DNA of 62,875 bases, filler included, from Octopus bimaculoides (taxonomy: Eukaryota): assembly GCF_001194135.2 (NCBI RefSeq). It is 7 parts of 6 records of this genome, joined end to end, with 100 filler letters (N's around TTAATTAATTAA, not from the genome) between each part and the next. Parts side by side here need not be neighbours in the genome. Positions count along the whole stretch, not along the records: positions 1 to 21,073 come from NC_068990.1; 6 more parts are not named here. One strand, written 5' to 3'. Shown piece after piece: positions 1 to 13,257 of this stretch. The notes beneath the pieces were generated by a model that saw nothing but the letters and a program-made list of their open reading frames with translations, ran no database searches and had not been told where the DNA came from. A program made the position numbers and the translations under genes. Numbering within the stretch: position 1 is the first letter of the stretch; each line of letters begins with the position of its first letter.

Positions 1-19
1 ATATATATATACATATATA

Positions 20-410
20 GGTCGAGTTACAGATTATAAAACGAAATCACAAAAACAGTTAAGAGTCTGTAAGATAAAATTTTGGTTGTTAATGATCCAG
101 TTAATAAACCTACGGCCGTTTCTGGGGGTCCGGTTGTCCAGTCATATAAAAGATATTTACATCCATTATTGGACATTACCTCCTTCATCAGGGAAAAGTA
201 AATTTCTAAAAAGACTTACACGTTCTTCCTTTTTTCTCATGGGAATTACCTACTGAGTATTTTATTGATCTATTTGCAAAAGAGCAAGGAGTCGAAGTGC
301 TTCTCAGTGGTTGTTGGAAGAGATACAATGCTTGAAATCAAACTTTCCACAGCATCATAGACACCGCTCTATCTTTTACAAATCATGAGTAAAATTGTCT
401 TTACATTAGG
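20..410 (-). mobile_element. Penelope-like element terminal region (pLTR-like) ending at a (TA)n tract
   Basis: Contains a CTGATGA...GAAAC hammerhead core on the minus strand and abuts (TA)n at the window start, an arrangement typical of Penelope-like 3' ends. Boundaries are approximate. Confidence 0.45.
106..195 (-). ncRNA. Minimal type-I hammerhead ribozyme motif (probably degenerate copy)
   Basis: Minus strand reads cc-CUGAUGA(191-185)-A-GGAGGU...UGUCCA...UGGACA...ACCCCC-A-GAAAC-GGCC-GUA-gg. It has the core, an extended stem II, a 2-bp stem III with a palindromic loop and a GUA cleavage triplet. Stem I is only 2 bp. Confidence 0.6.
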
Positions 411-454
411 ATCTATAATACTTAGGATCTATAATTCATTAAAAGCTAACAATC

Positions 455-536
455 AACTGGTTCCTAATTTCATCGACCTCGAAATAATTAATGGCATAGT
501 TGGCTTCGGTGGAATTTGAAGTCAGAATATTAAGAC

Positions 537-537
<1 letters not shown>
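455..537 (-). mobile_element. Degraded SINE-A fragment
   Basis: aactggttcctaatttcatcgacctcgaaa...gtggaatttgaagtcagaa matches the reverse complement of the intact copies at 39885 and 45209. Confidence 0.55.

Positions 538-618
<81 letters not shown>
538..618. repeat. (GAT)n microsatellite
   Basis: 27 perfect GAT units. Confidence 0.95.
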
Positions 619-619
<1 letters not shown>

Positions 620-621
620 AG

Positions 622-712
622 TGGCTGAGGAACTCAGGACTTAAAGCAGAGATTGAAGGTTTCATATTGACGGCACAAGATCAAAGCTTGCTCACAAAAA
701 CTACCAGGCTCA
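622..712 (+). mobile_element. R4/Dong-like (RLE-type) non-LTR retrotransposon fragment, region C-terminal to the RT
   Basis: Translates as WLRNSGLKAEIEGFILTAQDQSLLT, resembling the WL..SGLKAETEG.I.AAQDQ.L.T motif of R4/Dong-group ORFs. Confidence 0.65.
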
Positions 713-1481
713 GTTCAAATTCTTCATTGTCCTCATTATCAATATTGTGCTTTATTCACTAAGTAGCCATGAAGAAAACTGTTACATCTGATGGGAGTTA
801 AAGGAAATTTACCATAAAATGCACCGCCGGAAGGAACCAGCCTTGACATTTTACATTGAGAAATTCGCTATCTGCCGGGATATTATATCCCTCCTCCTAT
901 TATATGTGTGTATGTGTAAAAGGTCTAAAGGTTCTCTAAATTGTGATGATGAATTTCACAAAGAAACGATTATATATCAAGTGAGACAAAGAGTGAGAGA
1001 GAGGAGGAGAGAGACAGACAGAAGCCTATATATGCCTCTAACATAAAGTTAAGATCGATAAAATGGAGACAATATTGATAGGACAAAACACTGTTTAACA
1101 GTGTCTCTGTCGCTCAAATCAATTGGAAACCATACACTATTCTTCAACTGAAAGTATCTCACATGAATTTTATCGATATATGTAGACTAAGGTGGGCAAT
1201 AAGCGCTGATATATTTTCTGAAAATTCTCTTTAAAATGCAAATATATGTAGCCAAACCCTGCTTTAGATATCCAAATTTTTCTTGATTGTGGTAAGTTCA
1301 ACTAAAAATATGAAAGAGTGCATGATTTGTTTCATCCATATAAAAGAAAGCAGATCTCATGCCAAGAATTACAGACACCTCAGTATATACCTTTAGGATA
1401 TATTTAAGGTCACAATGAATAATCAATTGAGAATATAATGTGCGTGATACACAGCACGATCTCCATTAAACAGAAACTTAC

Positions 1482-1621
1482 CGAAGCTCCTCTATTGAAG
1501 CAGATTACACTGCATTGCGATTGCAGCTGCACGAGCAGAAAAATTTGATGTGATATAATTCAATTTTTGCCGTATTTTCGGCAATGTCCGGTAATGTCTC
1601 GATATATATGGTTTACAAAAT
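1482..1621 (-). CDS. Candidate exon of an unidentified gene (140 nt; every frame has a stop, longest FCKPYISRHYRTLPKIRQKLNYITSNFSARAAAIAMQCNLLQ*)
   Basis: Strong acceptor (ttttattttccccag|) and donor (|gtaagt) flank non-repetitive sequence. No protein family recognised; it could be a UTR or non-coding exon. Confidence 0.25.
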
Positions 1622-1699
1622 CTGGGGAAAATAAAATATTATCATAATGAGTTGTAGCTTCGCATACTTTCATTTCGCCTTCTTACAAAATATTTTACA

Positions 1700-2070
1700 C
1701 TACTCTCATACACGTACCAGCACATACATCTATACACAAACGCGGAAGGTAAACCATAAACAAACGCACACGACAAATGCGCATGGCAACATACATGCAA
1801 ATGCATACATAAATGAACACGCATACATAAACATATACACACATCCACCCATCCTCAAATACACATATATATTTATATTTGTATATATACATACGTATGT
1901 ATGTGTATGTGTGTGTATGTATGCATGTATGTATGTTTATATTTGTGTGTGTATGCATGTAGGCATTTACGTGTGTATGTATGCCTGTATGTATGTATGA
2001 AGGTATGTATATATGAAGGCACATATGTGTGCCTGTGTATGTTTGTATTTACATTATTTCGGTTGCATGT
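1700..2070. repeat. Degenerate (CA/TA/TG/TATG)n low-complexity tract
   Basis: Mixed dinucleotide and tetranucleotide repeats that generate spurious HT/YI/CV ORFs. Confidence 0.85.
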
Positions 2071-2499
2071 ATACAAAACTATTGAGTTTTCAGGTCCAGA
2101 ATTATTGGTTTTAATGAGAAATTGATAAACTGTAGCATGTTTCCAAAGATTAGGTTATGTCCATGTAGATAGATAGAGACATAGATAGCGGGGTTGAAGA
2201 GATTGTAAAAGAGACGAACCAGTTATGTAGGTACATCGTTTCATTGTAATGGAAAAGTCTTTGTTAGAGCCAAGGACTTGAAATGTTGAATGGACAGAGA
2301 TGGGAAGAAAGAAATATCTGCGAAGATATATTATCTTTTGCAGTTAAAAGATGAACCGTAATAGGCGCTCACTAAGGAGATTTTCTCTGAATAAATATTG
2401 TTTAAAAAATTTCTATCATTCAGAAATAGAAGATATAGGGAACCCAACAATTTTGTGGCAATAATTTTGGTTTTAAGGGTCAAAATTTATTGACTACAG

Positions 2500-3100
2500 T
2501 TTGGTAGGCAGGAGTGTTTGTAGATGGCCATGCAAGGGTGCAGCCTTCCTGCAGCACATGTTAAATTTGTAAGAGCTTTTGTGTCGGGAAAGAGCTGTTC
2601 TGCTTTTAGGAGCTAGGTGATCATCTCCAAGTGTCCTAGGTTGAAATACAGCGGAGCAGTTATGGCAGAATTATTTGAGGCATCTGGGATATTAAATTTC
2701 AGTTGTGTGTGATATGATGTAGAAATGAACTAAGAGGATTGTTTCTGTTACCCATCTGGTAGGTTAGGGGTGAAAGACAAAATCTATGAAGTATATTTAG
2801 CATGGAGCTAGTGGAGTCCCGACCTAATAATCGGCTTGCTTCATATGGACCTTTTGCATATCTGTTAATCCACTAGTTGTCAAAACGGAACACAGCAAGA
2901 AGATGGAACTGAGTGATATAGACAAGTATAGCGAAGGGTTATGTTTCTGTATTGATAAGGTCGTTGCCAAATGAAGCATTGTGAGTATTAAACTCACCGA
3001 GCGCACTAAATTCGGGGAGAGAAAAGGAAGATACATGTCGTTGGTTCCGGAAGTAAGACATTCAAAGGGAATTGTTGGTGCTGCAGAAGTTCTGGGAACA
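2500..3100 (-). mobile_element. Highly decayed LINE remnant with an APE-endonuclease-like motif
   Basis: Minus strand gives FSALGEFNTHN (GDFN-H-like motif) near 2975-3010, followed by many stops and frameshifts. Family uncertain. Confidence 0.3.
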
Positions 3101-4561
3101 GAAGGGAAATGAGATTAATTTGGAGAAATAGGTGATGGTAACTGTGAGAGAAAATTACTGTTGGTGATATTCAGATGTTAGGTAGGAATGTAGGAATGAC
3201 AGAATGCTACAATCTATATATGTGGTTAATGCGAATACAGGTAACTGTTGAGAACATAGAGCATACTGTTGGTAGTAAAATGTGCGCAGTACTGATTATA
3301 CGAAACCTGTTAAAATAGAAGAAACACTTCTATGGCTCATAGAAATGAACCATGTGGAAAAAAATAGAGACAAAATCAAAAATATAATAGACGTTCTGTA
3401 CATATTCACACATATAACAGTATATATATATATATATATATATATATGTTTATGTTTATATGTTTAAATGTATATACGCAAACATACAGACTTCTAACCT
3501 GTTCCAATAAAAACAACAATATGTTTGCAGGAACCCTCTCAAACTTTCATACTATAAAAAAAATAAAGGCAATAGACATTATTAGCTGCTTCCGGAAATG
3601 CTACAAATGTTATGTATTGAAATACATAACATTTTAGAGAATAATTCACAAGTTTTTCGAGTTATTTTTATGCATTTGTTTGCGATGTTTCACTTCATGA
3701 ATTGAAGGCAATAAAGTCAATAATAAACAAACACACAATGAGACAAATATTGCAGGACTTCAAACAGGATATTGTAGACAATGGTACTGGGAGAAAGAAC
3801 ATGAGATATATGGAAGTGACTTAGAGATTTAATGCCCGGAAAGTACACTACAAAATACGTAGATTTTTTATTCATTGTTTGAGATTGCAGTATATGTATA
3901 TACATACATACGCACATAAATACACACACATATACACGTTGTTTATATGTACACATATACATAAATATACATGTGTGTGTGCGCGTGCGATAGATAGATT
4001 GACACAAAACATAAGCGTATAACATTTATATAATTAAAAATTATTATTAGAAAGAATGGTGCACCCTTAGTATAATTAATTAATTGGTACCAAGAACACA
4101 GTATTTTGTTTCGCAACCATAGTATATTACCCAGTATATTAAATGTTTACAAGTCAATACTGTGTCTTATGTTTTGCATTAGCAGTGCAATACTCTCTCT
4201 TTGAAGTGATAAGATTGTCTATAGCATTCATATACGAATACCAGCATTCATATATGAATACGTCGATGCATACAATACGAGTGAAGCTAGAAAAATAATC
4301 GATGGCTGTATATGCTTATTTTAAGTGTTATTGCCCTTTCATTAGCCCCACATCCAACCCATCAACTATTCTCGAACGCATTGCTTAAATACTAAGTTTA
4401 GCGGTGAAGCACTATTTGATAGACCAATGTGCATATTAAACATATCCTGGCAGTTAGTACTTCACTATTAATTACTAACAATGACACAGTATTTCTTTTT
4501 CCAAGCATAGTATAGTACCAAATATATTGAAGTCCATTACATCGAACTCAGTGTTTAATTG

Positions 4562-4690
4562 GCACTTACTTCATCGACCCCGAAAGGATGAAAGGCAAAG
4601 TCGACCTCAGCAGAATTTGATCGCAGAATGTCAAGATGGATGAAATACCACTAAGCATTATGCCCAGCGAGCTAGCAATTCTTTTGCAAG
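4562..4690 (-). mobile_element. SINE-A, 5' and central part
   Basis: catcgaccccgaaaggatgaaaggcaaagtcgacctc...gaatttga is the reverse complement of the SINE-A core. Confidence 0.8.
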
Positions 4691-5944
4691 GCTTAGAAAA
4701 ACTGAAGGACCGCTGCAATAAGTGTGTAAATCTGAAAGGAGAATATGGCGAATAAAACAATAATTTACTGACCTCTTATATTTTCTGTTACCCAAATCCA
4801 AACATTTTTAGCACCCCCTATTATACACATTAATGCGAGAGAATTCCACTGTTCTCATCGGTCAATTTTTCTCACATGGATCGAGATGGTAATAAAAACA
4901 AATACCAAAGGCGCTGCATGGGACGCTAATCAAAACCACGTGGTTGAAAAGTGAGCCTACTTAACCAACATTTTACATGTAGAGTAACATTAGTAAATAG
5001 AAAAGCATTTGACGTTTACAATGATGAGAATTTTTTGGTCATATTGAATAGTTCAGATGTAAGCTTGCTTAGAGTTATATAATGTTTTCCTTTTTATCAA
5101 AATGTGTGAAAGCAGAAGATATGGATGTGTCAATGGCGCTTTACAGGTCTTATATGACAAGCTGAAGGGAAGAGTTAAGGTAGTCAAATCATTGGTGAGA
5201 TCTCAACTCGGAACACAAAGAAACGGACAAAACGCTGCAAGGTAACATTTTCTAGGTTCTCAAATTTCTGCCCACTTACTTCTGTTGATTGCATTGTGAC
5301 TTAAATAATGATTCCGAAAAGACGAATTGAAATTTTTGATTTGCTTAGGCAGTATCGAACACCATGCACAAAGAACCTGAATACTACTACAAAGTTTCTA
5401 TCCGAAAGTCTAAAAATGCTACTTGTTACACACCTTGTGTATCAAAACATCCATTAATAACTCGATTTTGACAAACAGAACAAAGCTTACTTCTACATTC
5501 AGAACCATCTCTTATTAACGGTATGCGAACTTAAGTAAAATTTTACTTTTTTATGATTCGTGGCTATTTCTAACTACATCAATGGAGTTGCAGCACAATA
5601 TCCATACATATCATTCTATTTTAAGCAATGATATATACTTCCACATGATTCGTTACTTTTATCAATGGTGTTGAGAAAATTATCTAAACATAGAATTAGT
5701 GCTTGTATTTTTCCACATTCTTTGGTACATTTTAAAATTTGTTTATGTATTATAGCTGAATTAAAACGACTTTCAGTATCCTCTTCTCATTCATCATATT
5801 TCGTATCGAAAATTAGCTTTTAAATTAGGATTTTAGCTATCACGTATAAATTATATGAAACATTTATATATGAATAATTTTTATACCTTTTCAACGACCG
5901 TTTCTTCTATATCATTTAATGTTCATGTTAACAATATCATGATA

Positions 5945-6150
<206 letters not shown>

Positions 6151-6399
6151 TTTTTTATAGCTACTTTCACTGAAATATGCGAAAGTGACGCTACAACTTT
6201 GCATGCATTATGAATGTATTTTGTCATTTTGCTTGACATCAAAGAACCTTTTCTGCATTCGACAACAAAATGGCATCCAAGAATCAAACAAACAAATGAA
6301 CAAGGAAATTAACACGCAACTGAAATAGAGTAATTTCATTTCCTTTCTTTAAAGAATGAAAAATAGAATTCACTCTGCATTATACAAACACCCACTCAT

Positions 6400-6563
6400 A
6401 TATATGAATATACATGTATGTATGCATGTATGCATGTATGTATGTATTTATGTATGTATCTATCTATCTATCTATATATCTATCTATCTATCTATCTATC
6501 TATCGTTTTAGTTATCTATCAATCATTTTGCCTATCTCTTACTCATTTTCTGTATTTATATAT

Positions 6564-6621
<58 letters not shown>

Positions 6622-6716
6622 GAATGTATATGTATATATATACATATATGTACGTTTATGTGTATCATACATGCCTATATTTCATCAAAATGTTACTCCC
6701 ATCTTTTCTTACACCT

Positions 6717-6770
<54 letters not shown>

Positions 6771-6820
6771 TATATATGTATGTATATATATATATACATA
6801 CATATATATATATGTATACG
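6400..6820. repeat. Compound (TATG)n/(TCTA)n/(TA)n/(CA)n tract
   Basis: Directly visible. Confidence 0.9.
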
Positions 6821-7561
6821 AACATTAATGGAATGTTTGCCTGAAGAAATATGCATGTCAAATTAATGGAATCCACCAGGGTCCATGGATTTTATAAATA
6901 TAATTTAGTAATATCCAATGGATGTAGTGATGTATTACCATAAAAATACATGTCATGCCGAAACATATGTAGCAATGCATTAATAAAAATATTAAAACTC
7001 CATCAGTGAAATGTTTCTTGTCATTAATAGGTGTGTGTATGTGTGTGACTCTGTGTGTGTATATATATAGAGAGAGACAGGGGAAGATAGGTGGATCGAA
7101 GTTTGAAAACGCGCTAATGAAAAGTAAGTAATGACAAGGTGGAACATGAGATGATGTTAGATGAGAATATATAGAATATATTTATATCAACATCATCATC
7201 TCGTCATCATATTTTAACATCCATTTTTACACAATCTCATTGGTCAGACTATATTCTTGTTGCCTATTTTGTTGCCACGTCTAACCTCTTTACCAAAAAG
7301 GGAAATTTTCTCCTAGTCCTTTAAATACAGACAGCGCAATAGCCAAACACAATTTAATAGAAGAATGCAAAGAAAGTCACCACAAGTAAGGAGGTAATTC
7401 TCATTTACAACTCAGGAATGATATCAAGGAAAGGAGACACTCACATGGATATTTGTAAGAATGTATGGGAATAACATTTTAATGAAATATAGGCATCTGG
7501 TATGCACAACAATGCTAGGGTAAGAATTCTCAGAGAATAGTCGTCAATTATTCTTAAAAAT

Positions 7562-7782
7562 GAATTCGATTAATGCATGGCCCAGTGTGCAGTTTATGAC
7601 CAACAGAAAAACATAATAAAGTGAAATTATTGTTAGAATTGAATTTGATCAACGCATGGCCTAGTGTGCATTTTATGACCAGCAGAAAAATATAGCAAAG
7701 TGAAATTATTGTTATAATTGAATTTGATCAACGCATGACCTAGTGTGCAGTTTATGGCCAGAAGAAAAATATAGCAAAGTGT
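7562..7782. repeat. 79-bp tandem minisatellite, about 2.8 copies
   Basis: Unit gaatttgatcaacgcatggcctagtgtgcagtttatgacc...gttagaatt starts at 7562, 7641 and 7720. Confidence 0.9.
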
Positions 7783-8294
7783 AAATTAACATAATAATGC
7801 GCGTTGCGGTGCGCACTCATTGTGAATTACAGATAAATTGTAATACCCTCTTCCAATCAGTATATGAAATAAAATCATGTTGCTGGTCGTTTATATTCTG
7901 TTAACAATGAGAAAATACAATGTGTCTTCGAAAGAAGATTTCATTTCTTTTTAGTGCAGTTGTATTACATATGCATATGCTGCCTGAGATTATTGATCAC
8001 TTTTCACTGATGGATTACCATACATGTAAAAAGGTTGTCATATACAAGCAGGGTTTTTTTTCCACTTATGAATAACGCTGTATTGGTCTTTGGGAGCAAT
8101 GAGATATTGTAAGCAACATAGAAATAGAACCAAAACGGGTGAAAATCAATTTGATTATAACATATCAAGGTGTACTGTTTCAGGTAATTCTTCAGATAAT
8201 CAATTTAGGAAAACAAATCTCAGAATAAGAAGTAGAGAGGTAATTTCTATATATGGTGACTTGTGTTCTTGAGCAAAACACTTCATCCCACTGA

Positions 8295-8375
<81 letters not shown>

Positions 8376-8985
8376 CATAACTATACATATATATACATAC
8401 ACGCATATACACACGCAAATTTTATATGGGATTTATAAATCCCATATAAAATTTAGATACTATTCTACTTTTCGTTTCTTCATTCGACTCAACGGTTATT
8501 AGCATTGAAATAAGTTTTTAAACATAATCCGTATATAGAAAATACTTTCGTATTATTCCTGTTCGTTAAACTTTGAAGCTTTATGTTCTTTTGGGAAATT
8601 ATTTGTTGGTGAAGAACAGATATTTGACTGCTCTGAAGTTTATAATTTATAAAATCAATATTTGGAAGATACAAAATGTAAGAGAGTACCTTTGATGCGA
8701 GTCTGATGATGTACCACGCTAATATCTAAAACCACCAACATTACGTGAATTTTCACATCGCATTTGTTTGCAAGCTGACGTTGCAAGCAGCGTAAGTACA
8801 GAAACAATTGTAACAAATTCTTAAAGATGTGTTAAGGAAATTCTTTGTCTTATTATTTAGATTATATATATATACATACACACATACACACACACACACA
8901 CATACACACGTACATATATATGTATATTATATGTGCGTGCGTGTGTCATCTGTATAAGTGTAACGTGATAGTGATTATATGTGAA

Positions 8986-9022
<37 letters not shown>

Positions 9023-9072
9023 GAAAGAGAAAGAGAGAGAAAGAGAGGGAGAGACAGACAGACAGACAGCGC

Positions 9073-9122
<50 letters not shown>

Positions 9123-10609
9123 TGTATGTATACTCAATAAACCTAGTTTCTTAACGTGTCTCCTGCAAAGAAAATTTGTGAAATATAAAACATGGCTGTA
9201 AAACAAAAAAACTGCACGCTTATCCTGAATATTTTGTGGAGACGTTTCTCTTGATCTGGTATATGAGCAGCTAATTCTGTAGACATACAGTTAAACATGA
9301 CGCGACACATAATCGGTAACGCTAATCTCATACGACGTTTTTACTTTTATTATAAATCCAGCTTATTTAGAATCATTTTTCAAGATGAATAAATTTTAGA
9401 ACATCAAGGATTTCCTTTGTTTTATTAATATTTTGTTGATTTTATTTTATTTTATTTAGTTTTTTTTTTTGTTCTTTCCGGGTTAGTCTTAACTTTTTCT
9501 ACAAAGAAGACAATAGTTCCCTTAAGTCTTGAAATATGACAATTTAAGACCGACTAGATTGCCAATAAGAAGATAAAATGCAAATGTGTTGAGAAAGGAA
9601 TTCATCGTAGGTTTTTCTTCCGGAATTTGATATTTCTATATGTACTAACTCTGGATATGTAATAGTATCTACGTGTCAAACCTTGAGCTTGCATTTCCGA
9701 ATGAATTACTTTTGTGATGTAGCCGGAAAATAGGTGATTATATGAAGAATATTCTTGTTTGTAACAATTCTAACACGGCTCCAGGTGTATATTAAGGCTA
9801 ATAACGTTCGTAATTATTGCAGCGTATATTAAAGCTGCCAGATCACTCATTTAATTGTTTGAAGTTCATAAGCAAACGGTAATTTCCATATTTCTTACGT
9901 ACAATGGAAAGGAGTACGATGGATTTCTTAACAAGCTCAGTGTAGTTAGAAGCATGGCCGTCATTTACAAGCGGGTATGAACTGGAGCATGTACAATGTT
10001 TTCCCTAAATGTTTTATGAGCATATGTTGTCGTAAGACACAGATACATGTGACCGAGCGCAGCCTCACGAATATTGCACCAGAAAGGGGGAAGGGCAGTC
10101 GATTGGTATTCATTTTCAGTCGAGTACACTGGTGCAAAGCAAAATAAGTGCTATACTCAGGAACATGACTCACCGAACGAACTTGAGAATACCATCCTCT
10201 TCTGATTAAACATACTGTTGCACAGACTTAAAACATTTCCACGTTGAGACAACCATTAGAATCTTCTTTCATTCCAACTATAATATCACAAAGGTACACA
10301 CAATGCGTTCCACCTTTCCCTTTATTCAGGACTACTTATTTTTGTCGTGCTTTTCTTTTTATTTCTTACAGGTTCTTACTCGTTCTATCACACTTTTCTT
10401 TTCAATGAGTAACCATACTATGTCTTGGGTGTAAAAGAGTTTCCGATAATACCCGATATACTATATCACCTCGCTGTAGTTCTGTTGTAATTATGAAACT
10501 CACTGTAGTTCGATTTAAAATTCTCTGTGTATTAAATAAAGATTTATCTACATGGAGTAATTTTTTCGATGATTTCCACAGCCAACGGAATAATTAACAA
10601 TAAGTATGT

Positions 10610-10944
10610 GGGTGTCTGTGTGTGTGAGAAACACAGAGAGAAAAAGAGAGTGTGTGTGTGAGTGTATGTGTGAGAGAGAGAGAGAGAGTATGCGTGTGTG
10701 TGCGTGTAAGTATACGTAAGTATATATATAATATATGTTTATATATATATATATAAATATAAATTATATATACATATATATACACACTCATATATCTATA
10801 TATATACATACATATATAAATACATACATTCATATATATATATATATACAGATATATATATGATGTATATATATGTATATTCATATGTATATTTAATTTA
10901 TATGTATGTATTTATATATACATATGTATATATATATGTATATA

Positions 10945-11037
<93 letters not shown>

Positions 11038-11092
11038 ACATATATACATATATATATATATAGATATATATATATACAGATGGGAGGATGGA

Positions 11093-11137
<45 letters not shown>

Positions 11138-11180
11138 CGAGAGAGAGAGCGAGAGAGATAGCGAGAGAGAGAGAAGGAGC
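10610..11180. repeat. Compound (TG)/(TA)/(GA) microsatellite block
   Basis: Directly visible. Confidence 0.9.
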
Positions 11181-11429
11181 AAGGCATATGTAGTCTGCTT
11201 TCTGTTGTAAGACATCTGGAAAGCATTTCTTCTTTTATTAATATGTTAATGGAGTTTACATAAAAATATGTATACGTTATAAAGTAAAGCATTTATTTAA
11301 AATTTTATTTCAAAGAAATTTTAAATATCTTTATTCATTTTATAAGCGGATATATAGAATTTCTTATTTGGCTTAAACGGAATTTTCACAGAAAATATAT
11401 TTTGATTTCGAAATAACTTTCACAATTTT

Positions 11430-12657
11430 TTTATGTCACCTTGTTCCAGGAACAGCCTGATGTATTGGTTAACAGTCATCGGTGTCGAAGAGCATATAGA
11501 TTAAAACTGTGCCCCAGATAATGTTGGTTGACAAGAAGAACTGGAAGACATCTGAATATTGGAAAGATGTTTCATGGTGTTTCATCAGAACTACTGCTTA
11601 ATGATCAGTGTGCACTATAGCAGTAAGATATGAAATAGAGAGCTACATCAGGCACTGAGAAGTCTTGGCAAATAGGTCGGGACACAGCCCGCATTTTAAC
11701 CGCTTCCGAACGCCGAGTTCATCTGACAGCTTAAAGAAAAGAAGATGATGAAAGATCCGAGCAAAGATACTCGAGTTTTAGCGAGAGAGATGTCTCCCTG
11801 AAGTTAACGATTTGTAAGTAACTTCGCAGCCACTCGTATAAGAGCTGCATGGAACAAATTTTAATAGCCGAAGTTAAAGAGATCCGCTTGACAAATGCAT
11901 TGAAGCTCATGAACAAGCTAGGGATACTATTGAACCGGGGATGATCTGGTTCTTCACAGATGTAAAGAACTTCTACGAGGAAAAGTTGCACAACACCAAG
12001 AACAACAGGTGGCTTGCTTACCATCTAAGTGATGCTCCATGTATCATGTAAACCAAGTTCCCTCAAACTATGGTGTTTTCTGGATATCGCCAGTCAGGGT
12101 GATGTCGTGCCACTTCACATATTTTAACATCTTTACACTCAATTCAAAAGGCTGCGTGAAGCTGTTGAAGACCATGGTCGAAACTTGATGAGAGAAGGTT
12201 GTTGCTCGAAGGTCATATGCGCGGCAGCTGGATGCGAATCCTTGCCATGCCCCCAGAAATATCGAGAAATGGTCTTTGAGGCATGTCTACGAAATCACCA
12301 GCCTCGATTTCTTTTTTCATAATTCACTCGAGTATAATTTCCTTGATAACTATGTGTGACACGCTGTTGAGAAAGACACCAACGGCCCAGCCTTCAATAC
12401 GTAGATCGAGCTGGTGGCTAAGATCAAGAAAGTGTTCGAATATTTTCTCAGAGGCACAGTGAAGAATACATGCGCCAGGTTCTGGAGCTGTCTTGAAGCG
12501 GTTGTGGAAGCTGATGGCTGCTGCTTTGAGAAAACTGTAATCTCCCAGCCATAATAGTCGATATTTTTTAATGTTTTCAAATGCTTTAGTTTTGGATGAG
12601 ATACTGTCTTCTTTTCCTTCTTATGCAAGATGTCAAATTTAGTTCGAACACTTTATA
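11430..12657 (+). mobile_element. Decayed Tc1/mariner-superfamily transposon, maT (DD37D)-like
   Basis: Frameshifted transposase motifs EPGMIWFFTDVKNF (11932 onward), NNRWLAY, TKFPQT and a C-terminal EAVVEADG.. ending about 12540. Right TIR-like end gatgtcaaatttagttcgaacactttata; left TIR not found. Confidence 0.75.
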
Positions 12658-13140
12658 TGCATAAAGCATAAATGTAAAGCAAATAAAACTTGCATAACTT
12701 TCTAAAACACCCACTTGTAAATGTACACTTACATATATGCATATGTATGTGAGTTGATGTGTGAATACGTTTGCACGACTGTGTGTATCTGTGTGTGTGT
12801 GCGTGTGTGTGCATTTTCTGTGTGTGTTGTGTGTATGTGTCTGCATATGTGTGCCTCTATGTATGTATATGTTCGCAGGAGAGAGTTTATGTGATAGTAA
12901 AATATTGAATTTTGGGGCATTGTTCATAAATTCTTCTGCATAATATTACTAAACATAAAGACAGTTGTACAGGACCCTAACATATGTATATGCATATGCA
13001 AATACGGCCATGCCCATGTTTATAATAACTGATATTAAAACATTACTCGAGGCACATACAAATATCTGCTCAGATAAAATTTGAAGAGAGAATACGATAA
13101 AAAGAGAGATTAAGGCAAATATATACATATGCATACATAC

Positions 13141-13182
<42 letters not shown>

Positions 13183-13257
13183 NNNNNNNNNNNNNNNNNN
13201 NNNNNNNNNNNNNNNNNNNNNNNNNNNNNNNNNNATATATATATATATATATATATA

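Noticed and set aside
7562-7782. CRISPR-like regular repeat
   Set aside because: Contiguous 79-bp tandem units with no unique spacers, no cas genes, and a eukaryotic context.
8694-8729. Possible 36-nt minus-strand micro-exon (ILAWYIIRLASK)
   Set aside because: Weak splice signals (gtactc donor); such short open segments are expected by chance.
10228-10280. Minus-strand peptide KEDSNGCLNVEMF resembling a myosin light-chain EF-hand loop
   Set aside because: A stop follows immediately, so there is no exiting helix, and no upstream EF-hand exons were found. The nearby gtgagt donor at 10172 is not linked in an open frame. Probably coincidence.
11562-11597. CTGATGA...GAAAC on the minus strand
   Set aside because: No stem II or stem III pairing, and it lies inside the maT transposon relic.
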